DNA from: an uncultured Acidobacteriota bacterium
GTDB taxonomy: Bacteria > Acidobacteriota > Thermoanaerobaculia > Gp7-AA8
Assembly (NCBI GenBank): GCA_963741955.1
Contig: CAVUKB010000004.1
Coordinates: forward strand, 96,001 to 160,000
Direction of reading: 5' to 3'
DNA: 64,000 bases
Positions 20,001 to 32,000 of this stretch are shown one piece after another (positions within the stretch are counted from its first letter, which is position 1; every line of letters starts with the position of its first letter). A program made the translations under genes and the position numbers. Under the pieces are notes generated by a model. The model did no database searches, had not been told where the DNA came from, and saw only the letters and a program-made list of their open reading frames with translations.

Positions 20001-23000
20001 CCCGAGCTCGACATCGTCGACATCTCCACCACCACGACCGACGCGACGCTCGACGGAGCACCGTACGCGATCGGCGCGCCCGTCTCTCTGGAAGGGGAGC
20101 ACGTTCTCGACGTCGCCGTGACCGATGCCGCGGGGTGGACCACGACGCTCGACGCGGTGACGTTCCACATCGACCGCGTACCTCCGGCACTCACTGTCAC
20201 TTCGCATCAGCAGGGTCAGGTCTTGCCGGAGCCGCGCGTCGTCCTCGCCGGCGGTGCGGATGACGCCGTGAGCGTCACGGTGAACGGCCAGACGGCGACG
20301 GTCGACGCGACGGCGAGAACGTGGACTGCGCCCGAGCTTCCACTGCTCGAAGGAAGCAACGCGTTCACGATCCGCGGGACGGACCGCGCCGGGAACAGCG
20401 GGGAGATCACGCTGAATCTAGTTGCCGACACCCGCGCGCCGGAGCTCGCGATCGTGGCGCCCGTTGCCGGAAGCTGCGTCGCCGGCTCGCCGCTCGAGAT
20501 CCGCGGTTCAGCCAGCGATCCCGAGATCGGCGACGTCGTGGTCTCCGTCGATGGAACGTCGGTTCCCGCCTCGCTCGACGCGTCCGGCAACTTCGTCGTC
20601 ACGTTCGCCAACCTCTCCGAAGGAGAGAAGAACGTCACCGTCACGGCGACGGATACGATCGGACATGCGACCTCGCTCGTCCTCCCGCTCAGCATCGACC
20701 GCACGCCGCCGGTCATCGCCGTCACCGAGGGCGGCAAGCCATTCACCGCGACGCTCGTGAACCGCCCGATTGCACTCTTCATCAGCACCAGCGACGCCGA
20801 CCCGAACGCGAAGCCGGTGGCAACGCTCGACGGCGCGGCGTACTCCTCCGGCTCCACGATTGCGAATGAAGGTGCCCACGCGCTTCAGATCACCGCGACC
20901 GACTGTGCCGGTCTCACCGCGACGAGCTCCCTTACCTTCACCATCGACACGACCGCACCGACCATCACGAACCTCCTCCCCGCCAACGGTGCCACGGTAG
21001 GGGAGATGCCGACGACGGTCACCGGCAAGACCGATCCTGACGTCCACGACCTCGTCGTTCGAGCCTCGAGCCTCGAGTCCCGAGCCTCGTCTTTCGCCCC
21101 CGACGGCACCTTCACCATCCCCAGCGTCCCCTTCGCCGAAGGGGAGAACCGCTTCACGATTCACGCGACCGATGACGCCGGAAACTCCAGCGACACGCCG
21201 TACGTCGTCACCGTCCGCACGACGACTCCTTCTCTCGAGATCCTCGACAGCGGCTCGCCGATCCCGCCCGGCGCGCTCTACAACCGCACCGTCACGCCGG
21301 TGATCCGCAGCGGAGCCTCCGACGCGACGATCTCCGCGACCCTCAACGGCGATCCCTTCACCTCGGGGACGGAGATCACCGCGGACGGCGCGTACACTGT
21401 CGACGCCACCGCCACCGACTCGCTCGGCCACAGCGGGAACGCAACCGCGACGTTCTCGATCGACCGCACGCCTCCCGCTGTCGCGATCGCCTCGCCCGCC
21501 GACGGCGCGGCGATCGACGCCGATCAGGTCGTGGTGACCGGCACGTCCGGGGATGCGACATCCGTCAATGTCGACGGCGCGCCCGCCGCACTCGACGGCA
21601 GCGGCCACTTCACCGCGACGCTTCCGCTCGAACCGGGCGAAACGGCGATTATTGCGACCGGCCGTGACGCCGCCGGCAACTCCGGCACCGCTCAGATCAC
21701 CGTCACCCGCGCCGCTGCTGCGACCGGCATCATCCTCACGTCACCCACCGACCACTCCCTGACCAACCGCCCGACCACAGTCGTCACTGGCCGCATCCTC
21801 ACTCCCGCAAATGCCGTGTCGCTCGTCATCGACGGCACCGCGCTCGGAGCGCAGGCTACCGGCCGGCGCTCTCCTTCAAATGCACCCGGATCCACGCCGC
21901 TCGCGACGGCCCATTCCCCTCTCCCCGTCCGGACCTTTGCCTCGGGCGTAAATCGAACTCCGGGGAGAGGGGTCAGGGGTGAGGGGCAACTACGCGCGCA
22001 AACCGAAGTTGTGAGCACGAGTCCCGAGTCCCGAGCCTCGAGCCTCGCAACTCCCTTCGACCCCACCGGCGCATTTCGCGTCACCGCGTTCCCTCTGGTC
22101 GAAGGCGAGAACACCATCACCGCGACCGTCACCGACAAGTCCGGCAAGACCAGCACCGCGAGCGTCCGGATCACAGCAGACCTGACCCCACCCGCTGTGT
22201 CGCTGCTCGAATCAGGCCAGCCTCTGGAGGACCAGGCCCGTTTCGCGACGCAAGCCCTCCTCTCCGCGACGGCGACCGACTCCGGTGCCGCCATCGACGC
22301 GACCCTCACCATCGACGGCGCGTCTGCCACGTCGCCCGGCACGATCACGGCTGCCGGCCCGCACATCGCAATCGCCTCGGCACGCGACACGGCCGGCAAC
22401 GTGACCCGCGTCCAGCGCACGTTCTTCATCGGTACGGAGCAGGGGAGTGGGTGCGGTCTCTCCGCATTCGATCCTGCCGATGGCTCCGTCGTCACCGCGA
22501 GCTCCGTCACGCTCGTCGGCCGCAGCGGCGGCGCAGCCGGCGTCACGGTCAACGGTGTCCCCGCAGTGGTCGCGAACGGCTCGTTCTCCGGCACCGCGGA
22601 GCTCCCGCAGGAAGGGCCGAACCTCGTCACCATCCGCTGCACCGACGCCTCCGGCAACCCCACCGGCGGCCCGGTCACCCTCACTCTCAACCGCGTCACC
22701 GGCAATCCATCCGTTTCCATCACCACTCCCGCCGAGATGGCGACGTTCGCCGCCGGAACCGTCGATGTCACCGGCACGTACGCCGATGCCTCCCGCGTCG
22801 ACGTCAACGGAGTCGCCGCGACGCTCGCGAACGGAACCTTCAGCGTCGCCGCGCTCCGTCTCTCTCCTGGTCTGAACATCCTGGTCGCCCGTGCCACCAA
22901 CGAAGCCGGCCGCAGCTCCATCGCTTCGCGCCGCGTCCTCTATCTCGACAAGTCGTCCGTGATCTCCATCGACTGGCCGAACGACGGCTTCACCACCGGC

Positions 23001-26000
23001 GCCGCCTCTCTGGACGTCAGCGGCACGTGGAGCAATCTCGTTCCGTCGACCATCACAGTCAGTGTGAGCGGCGTGCAAGAGGCGAGAGACGAGAGGCGAG
23101 GGGCGAGAAGGAACACAACAGGTCGGCTGCGGTCGGCGGAGCCACGATCGAAGAACGATGTCGCGAGCGACGACGGTACGGTTTCTTCACGCACCGCCCG
23201 CCACTCGACACACGCCTCCGATCGCATCGCAGCGCAGGGAGAGAAGAATGAGCTTCGACTATCGCGATCTGAAAGCGTGGCAGCTCGGAATGCAGATGGC
23301 TCGTCGGGTCTACGAGATCACGCGAGATTTTCCGAAGCGAGAACAGTACGGCCTGACGCAACAGATCCAGAAGGCAGCCGTTTCGGTTCCGTCGAACATT
23401 GCGGAAGGTCATGCGAGGGATTCGACGGCGGACTTCCTCCGCCATCTGTCGATCAGTCGCGGTTCGCTCGCGGAATTGGAAACGCAGCTGATCTTGGCGA
23501 AAGCTTTTGGATATCTCCCTCTGCAGAGCCTGGAGGAGTTGATGAAAGTATCGGACGAGCTGAGCCGAACTCTGAGGGGACTTCAAAAATCGTTGAGGCG
23601 TCGACTGGAGAAGAAACCATAGCGGAAGTGTCGATCGATGCGATTGCGTGGTCCGACACGACTGGAAACTTCATCGCTCACGCGGTGCCCTTGCTTCCCG
23701 GTACTCAGACCATCACCGTGACGGGTTCGACCATGGATGGTCGCATCGCCACCACGAGTATTCGGGTGACCAGAATCGATGGCGAATCAGACATTACGAT
23801 CGATTCGCCTCTCGCCGAATCCTGGTTCAGCGCGAACGCGGGAGATCCGATCTCCGTCGCCGGCACCTTCACTGCAGCTCCCGGTTCCAATGTCGAGGTG
23901 AATGGTTCGACGGCGACCCTCGGCGTCGCCTCTTCTTCGACCAGAACAGTCACCCTCGCCGCGTCCTCAACGAGCGCTGTCTCTGCGCACCCCGTTTCTT
24001 CGCTCGCCTCTCGCCTCTCGCCTCTCGCCTCTTCTTCGACCAGAACAGTCACCCTCGCCGCGTCCTCAACGAGCGCTGTCTCTGCGCACCCCGTTTCTTC
24101 GCTCGCCTCTCGCCTCTCGCCTCTCGCCTCTTCTCCTTACTCTGCAACCGCCGCGTTCTCCTCCTCCGACCCCACTCCCATCATCGCCCGCGTCACCCAG
24201 CCCGACGGCCTCTCCGCGATCACGACCATCTTCGTCCATCACCTCTCGGGCGCTCCTGCAGTGAAGGACGTCTTCCCCGCGGACGGCGCCACTTCCGTCG
24301 ATCCCGCAGCGCTGATCCTCGTCTCCTTCTCCGCGCCGATGGACCGCGCGTCGCTCTCGGCCGCATTCACGCTCGAGAACATGAGCGGCATGCCCGTCGC
24401 CGGACAGATGCGTCTCGATCGCGATGTCCTCAGCTTCGCCCCCGCGACGACTCTCAATCCCGGCGAGCGCTATACCGTCCGTCTCTCGACCGCCGCGAAG
24501 GACCTCGCCGGGAATGCGCTCGCCTCCGAGTTCACCAGCAGCTTCACGATCTCCACCACGGCGCCATCCACCGCGCCGGTGGTGAACCCGGTCGCCTCGC
24601 CCCTCTGCTCGGATCGGGTCGCCCTCAGCGGCACGGCACTTGCGGGGTCACGTCTGCGGATCGATTTCAAGGGCGTTCCGCAGTTCACGGCCGCGGCTCC
24701 GACGGAACGTGGCATTTCGATCTCGCCATCCCCGCCGAATCGGGATTCGACGTGGTCCGCGTCCGCATCGTCGGCGGCGACGGCACGCTCTCGCCTGCGG
24801 CCGAAGTGAAGTTCCAGGTCGACTGCGCCGGTCCGCAGCTTCTCGGCGCGTCCTACGACCGCACCACGAACATCGTCACCATCGACGTTCTCGAAGCCGA
24901 TGGATCTCGCATCAGCGTCCACCGGCCGAACTCCGCTCTCTCTCTCCAGATCGCCGACGGCACGATCCTCGGCGGCACCGTCGCGCAGGGCGACGAGCTC
25001 CTCTTCGCTCACCCTTACGCCAGCATCCGATCTGACGCAGCAGACGTTCACGCTCAACGTCACGACCGCGATCAAAGACACTACCGGCCGCAACCTCGTC
25101 TCCGGCTATACGCAGACCTTCGCCACCGGCTCCGGATCCGAACCTCCTCCCACCGACGGCACCGGCTACATCTCCGGCAAGATCCTCGACGCCGCCACCG
25201 GTCGCCCCCTCGCGGGCGCGGACATCACCATTGACGTCCCCGTGAACGCCTTTGCCCGAGGGGAGCAAGCTCATAGCTTGCTCTCTCGTTCCACTGGATC
25301 CGCACCCATGCCTCTCGGGACCTCCGGTTCCCCTCTCCCCGTCCACACCCAGGCCTCGGGCGCAATTCGCACTTCGGGGAGAGGGGTCAGGGGTGAGGGG
25401 CAGCTACGCGCGCTGAGCGAAATCGTAAGCGCCGCTTCGTCCACCCTCTCCTCCGACGCCACCGGCACCTATACCACCCGCCTTCCCGAAGGCGCCTACA
25501 CCATCCACGCATCCGCTCCCGGCTACACCGAGGTCTGGCGCCAGATCGTCGTCCCGGCCGGCCAGGGCGTCCTCCCGATCGACATCCGTCTCACACCCCT
25601 CGGCGCCACCGGCACCGTCGGAGCGGCCTCCATCGAGCCCCGAGCCTCGAGCCTCGAGCCTCGGTTCCGTCGGCTCTCCCACGAGCCCCGAGCCTCGAGC
25701 CTCGAGCCTCGGCTCTGTCGGTTCTCCCACGAGCCCCGAGCCTCGAGCCTCGAGCCTCGGCATCCTCTTCAGACCTGACCCTCTCCCACGGCGGCGAGAC
25801 ATCCGTCACCCGCCCCGCGACGCTGACCGTCCCCTCCGGCGCCGATCACCTCCGGCACGACACTGACACTCACCTCCGTCGGCGGCCAGTCCCTCGCCGG
25901 CCTCCTCCCTCTCGGCTGGTCCCCGCTGGCGTCCACAGAGATCTCCTCCGTCGCCACGTCCGCGAACGCAGCCCGAGGGGAGCGAGCTTATAGCTTGCTC

Positions 26001-29000
26001 TCTCCGAAGACATCCGCAGAAATCGGACCTGCCAGCGCGAATCGCCCAGCGTCCTCCCTCGCCGCTCCGGTTTCGTCCTCACTCGTCTCTCGCCTCTCGT
26101 CTCTCGCCTCTCTCCCCAACTCCACTCTCACGTTCACCGTCCCTTACACCGATATCACCAGCGCGGCTCAGACCCTCACCGCCGTCCGCTACGACAGCGA
26201 TCGCGACGAATGGATCGTCCTCGAGCCCGTCGTCAGCATCACCTCCGACGGCCCCGCCTCGATCACCGTCGACTCCACCGGCGCGTACGCTCTCGTCTAC
26301 CCGGATAAGGACTCGGGGAGTACTCTGCAGACTCCACCGCTCCCCATTCCAGGCTCGGCGCTCGCCGGCGTCACTCCCGTCGACCTCGATCCGACGACCA
26401 TCACCGCATCTCTCACCCTCGATCCTTCGATCGTTCTCCCCAGCGGCCGAACCGTCGGCACCCTCACGGTCTCTCCGAGCCTCGAGCCTCCAGCCTCGAG
26501 CCTCGCGTTCCCCTCGGGCACCGCAGTCCAGGCGTTCGTCCACGAAGAGCTGCGTCTCGTCGACGGAACCGTCGTCGCGGACCAGCCGTTCTCCGCGGAC
26601 CTCGTCCTCTACCGCACGCTCTCCGGCGCTCCGGCGACCGCGGCGTTCCACCTCCAGCCGAGCGCGAAGGCCGCGACGGTTCCGCTGCAGATCGGCTACG
26701 ACCACATCCGCGTCTTTCCGTATCCCGGACGCCTCGACCGCGGCACACTCATCGGCCCCGAGGGTGGACGCGTTCCCTCGGATGGGGGAGTGGAGCTCGA
26801 GATCCCGCCCGGCGCAGCCACCGAGCCGCTCCACGCCAGCGCGACGTCGCTCGACGCCACTGCGCTCGCTTCCTACGGCACCATCGACGGCTTCACCCTC
26901 GTCGGCGGCTTCACGTTCTCGCTCGACCGCGCAGTCGGGGGAGAAGAGGCGAGAGACGAGAGGCGAGAGGCGAGTGGATCTGACGCCCGAGGCTCTCGTG
27001 GCTCGGGCTCTTCGTCACGCGCATCGGAGATTGGAGCTGGCAACGGTGATCGTGAAGCGTTCTCTCTCGCCTCTCGTCTCTCGCCTCTCGCCTCTGACGT
27101 CGCGTCCCCCACGCTTCTCGCCTCCGCCCGCGCGACCTTCTCCGTCGACACGACCAATCTCACCGCGCCCCAGTTCATCCTCGCCGAGGTCCTCGGCGAC
27201 ACGCCGTACGGCCGTGTGATCCGTCTTGCGAACGTGATGGAACCACTTGTTGGAGGAGCCGAGGCTCGAGACTCGAGGCTCGAGGCTCGCAGCGGCATCG
27301 CCCGTGGAGAGCAGGCTTATAGCCTGCTCCCTCCGGTACCATCTTCAGACACGGGTGTCGCGAACGATCATCGTCAGGCGTCCTCTCTCGCCTCTCGCCT
27401 CTCGTCTCTCGCCTCTGATTCCACGCGCATCACCACATCCAGGATCGATCCCTCGAACCTCCCTCTCGACGGCATCTCCCACTCCGGGATCTACCTCCTC
27501 CTCCGCGCGAACCAGCCCATCGCCTACGCGACGGGTCTCGTCCGCTTCGGCATCTCCGGCCTCTACGCCTCCGACGCCAGCGTCCTCTCACTCACGTCGA
27601 CGCCACTCGGGACGGCGTCGGTCAAGGAGGCGAGAGGCGAGAGGCGAGAGGCGAGGGGAGGAACGAATTCCGGACTTCTGTCATCGTCACCCGCTGATGC
27701 GCAGGCTCATAGCCTCCGCTCTGGTTCCGGCAAATCCGTACCCGCGACTCTCGCGACGCCCGCTTCCCCTCTCCCCGTCCGCACTCTCGCCTCGGGCGCA
27801 AATCCCAATTCGGGGAGAGGGGTCAGGGGTGAGGGGCAACTACGCGCGCAGAACGAGGTCGCTCGCAGGGCCTCCTCCCTCGCCTCTCGTCTCTCGTCTC
27901 TCGCCTCTTCTCCCGCGTCGCTCGCCGCTTCGTCCCCCCTCGGCACCACCGACCTTACCCGCCCCACCGGCCTCTTCTCCATCCCCGTCGTCGCCACTCC
28001 CGCGGATCCCTTTGCGCTCCAGCCCTCGCACCCATCCACCGGCGCCGGCACCCCCTGGACCGCAAACTCCAGCCCTGACCCCGGCATCGTCATTCACGTT
28101 GGCGATCTTGTTCTCACATCGCAGCCGCCGCAGCTCCAGCACGTCAACGTCATTGGCGGCGACCCCTCCGGCACGATCGACCTCGTCGCCGTGAACGGGG
28201 CAGGCGAGATCTCCCTAGGCACGAGTGTTCAGGCCCTCTTCGACGTGAACCTCGATCCGGCATCCGCCGGCGCGACCTCGCTCGTCGTCACCGACGCGTC
28301 CACGCAGACCGTCGTCGCGGGCACCGCGATGCTCGCCGGCTCGACCCTCACCTGGACCGCATCCACTCCGAACGCGCTTGCGCCGTCGAGGCAATACAGG
28401 GTGACCCTCTCAGCCACGCTCCGCGGCGCGAACGGCGCCCCGCTTGGGACGACCCGCACGTTCGCCTTCACCACCGTTTCGCAGATCACCAGCACCGAGA
28501 TCGATCCTTCCAAGATCCACATCACCATCCCCGACGCGAACGGCGTATCCACAATTTACGGCCTCCCCGGCGCGCTCCCCTCCGGCTGGCGCGCCGTCGC
28601 CCTCCGCCGCGGCACCGCCTTCGTCACGCAATACCAGACCACCGCCGCAGGGGATGGAAGTTTCTCGTTCGCGATCGGCGGGTGCGGGGGAGGGACGGGG
28701 GTCGGGGGTCAGGGGTCAGGGGTCAGGGAGCTGAGTCGATCTGATCGCCGGACCTCTGAGATTTCCCGCGACGAAGCCTTGTCCCTGTATTCGTCGACCC
28801 ACACGTCACCCCGACCCCTGACCCCCGACCCCGGACCCCTAAGCTCCGTCTCGCAACCACAATTACGAAAGGCCACTCATGAAGATACAAACCTATCGCG
28901 ATCTGGTCGTCTGGCAGGAATCGATGCAGCTCGCGAAACAGGTGGTCCTGATCGCGCGTCGGTTTCCTCGGGAGGAACTCTTCGGATTGTCGGCGCAGGT

Positions 29001-32000
29001 CAAGAGAGCAGCCGTATCGGTGCCGTCGAATATCGCGGAAGGGCACGCGCGGGATTCGACGAAGGAGTATCTCCATCATCTATCGATTGCTCACGGTTCT
29101 CTGGCCGAAGTGGAGACGCAGCTCCTGCTGGCGAAGGATCTTGGCTGGGGAGACTCGTCTTCGATCGAAGGAGCTCTCCAACAGAGCGATTCACTCGGCA
29201 GGAAGCTTCACGCATTACGCAGATCGCTTCGATCGCGCCGCTGACGGCGGCTCTCCCTGACCCCCGACCCCTAACCCCTGACCCCCACTCCCGTCAGGCG
29301 ACTACGACATGCACGGACCAGCTCTCCCTCACCGACCACATCTCCCTCGAGATCCTCAACACCGCCGACAACATCGCGGCGATCATCCCGCTCACGCCAT
29401 TCGTCACGGCGGACGGCCACGGCTTCGTCGCCCCGCCCGACCAGGACATCACGTTCATCATCTCGGACGAGATTACCGTCCACGTCCCCGCCGGCGCGTT
29501 CGACCAGCCAACGCTCGTCACCGCCACGCCGTCCACGAAGGACGCCTTCTCCGAAGTCCCGAACTTCGACACAGAGCTCGACTACAAAGCCTCGGTCAAC
29601 CTCTCCTTCGACTGCACAGTGGCTTCTTCGTCCTCCCCGAGCCTCGAGCCTCGAGCCTCTAGCCTCGGTTCCCCAAGTCTCGGTTCCCCAACGAGCCTCG
29701 AGCCCCGAGCCTCGAGCCTCGCGTTTCCCTGTCGCGCGAACAAGCCCCTCGACCTCTCCATCCCGGTTCCCGCAAACACCGACCCCACGAAGCAATACCT
29801 CCTCGGCTGGCTCGGCCAGTCCATCCGCGGCCCGCGGATCATGATCGTCGACACCCTCCGCATTGACGGCGACCACTTCACCACCACGCCCGCGCCGTCG
29901 ATCGGAACGACCAGTGCGCAAACCGTGCACGCATCGTCGACCTTTTCAAACTCGTCGCTCTACCAGGTTCGAGATCCCGGAACGTACGTCATCACCTCAC
30001 TGCTCAGTCCCTACGCCTGGGTGGATGTCGTCGTCAGATCGGCTGACCTCTACTGGTCGACGTCGTTCTCTCTCTTCGTCGCAGAACGCTACATCACGAT
30101 GGCGAAGGGTCACGTATACATCCCCGTGCTGACGGACACGCCCTTCCGCGTCTACGGCGTGGACGCGACCGGTTTCGAAACCTATTCGCGCGATTACGAC
30201 GGAATCGTTCCTGGAGATCCTGGAGTTTCGGTAGCACTCCCATCGGCATCTCCCGATAACAATGGACCTTATCCCGTGTGGGGCAGCCCTTATCGCGTCG
30301 ATTCCGTAATCCTTCGCGATGGAGACGTGATCGTTCCAAACATCAAGGTCAATCAGTCGGGAGGAGTTGCGACGGTCACGCAGAACTCTTCCTCCACCAC
30401 CGCGAGTGTTCTTTCGAAGGGAACGAAGGTTCAGGCATTCGACGTCGAAACCGGCGCGGTGAACAGCGCGACAGTCGGTGACGGCGGCAGTTTCTCGATG
30501 TCAGTTTCTCCGGTCCATTCCGGAGACCGTCTTCTTCTCTTCATCAGTGCCTCCGACGTCGATCCGTCGAGTCTCGTCACCGTGGTTTTCAACGAGCCGC
30601 TCCAGCTCGCGAACATTCCGGAAGGCATGAGCTCCGCGGATGCCGAGATCGCAAACGAGAAGTTCCTGCACGACCTCATCGGCCTCGAGCACTTCACTAG
30701 TACGGGATGGGTACCGATAACCGACCAGGTGCACTTCCGGCACGATTCGGGAGACCGCCGAATCGTCCTCGAGTTGCCGTCCTCGCTGGTTCGAGGCGAT
30801 CGGTATCGGGTTCACCTCAGCGAGGCAATCACCGACGCCGGGGACAACCACATCGGATCGGTTAAGGACTCCAGCGGGAAGGTCACCAACGGCGCTGGAC
30901 TCCCGTTGGATCTCGAATTCACGGTCCGCAGCCCACACGGCGCGATCTCCTCTTTCGACATCGATCCGAGCACGGCTCACCATGGAGGGCTCGTGCGTGA
31001 CATCGCACGCAACGACACCCTCGTCTTCGTCTCGGCTCTCGACGGCGGAATCCTCGCCTACGATACATACGATCCGGCTGCACTCGCAAAAGACGGAAGC
31101 ACTCCGGCGCCCCTTTCCTTCGTGCCGGCCGCATGGACCAACGATGCCGGACAGCAGGTGACCGGCGGGATGGACGAGCACTGGGCGCTTGCCGTCGATA
31201 AGCACGGGCGCGTCTTTTCGACCGGCTTCATGGCCTCGTTCTCGGTCCTTCGGACTTACCGCGTGGAAGATTTCTGGAAGGCCTCCACTCAGCCCATGTG
31301 TGCCGGATTCGATCAGGCGCCACCGCACGCCCTCTGTAGATACGAGGGCTCCTCAATCATCGCCTGGCGCCCCGGAGTGTCGCTCGGCATTCCCGGGATC
31401 GACGATTCCCTCTACGGACTGACGGAAGGCTATCCGCGAAAGATCCGAGTCATTGAGCAGGACGATGGAGGGGAAGCTCTAGATCGAGACAACTTTGCGT
31501 CGACCTACGGAGGCGCGATCCAGAAGACCTTCAGCAATGGGATTCAGAAACTCTCCGTCACCGTCGCATGGGATACCACGAATCCCTACCAGCTCCAGCG
31601 CATTACGGTGGAGAACCTGACTCAACAGCTTCACTGGTCTGCCGACGCGACCCCGACGTCTCCTGCCGTGATCTCGGAGATCCTCGCCAAACCGGACGAC
31701 AAGCTCCGAATTGTGAAGAACGAGCGCACGTGGGCCGTCGTATCTCTCTTCGGCTACGGGATCGCCACCTACGACGTGAACGCCATCGAATCCAATGATT
31801 CACCAGATAAGGCTGCGGGTTACACCAACGTACCCGAACAGCTGTTCCTCTCGTCCGCCAGCGTCGACGATGCGTGCGACGGCCGGACGTTCCCGACCGA
31901 GGCGATCCGGGATTTGGCCTTCAGTCCCGATTTCGTCGCGAAAGTGGAAGTCGACGCCACGACCAACACAGCGACCATTGGGATCGACGCTCTCGATGTC

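Noticed and set aside
24690-25850. Cluster of +/-1 frameshifts as programmed frameshifting
   Set aside because: No slippery motifs were seen. Several compensating single-base indels in GC-rich runs look like sequencing/assembly errors or decay; read data are needed. The same applies to the shifts near 34197, 45139 and 57250.
23248-29244. Diversity-generating retroelement (because of Avd-like genes)
   Set aside because: No reverse transcriptase and no TR/VR pair with adenine-specific mismatches were seen. The 623-bp repeat differs by a C/T change only.
21840-29300. Inserts as inteins or group I/II introns
   Set aside because: No Cys/Ser...His-Asn intein ends and no group II GUGYG/domain V or group I core features were recognised.
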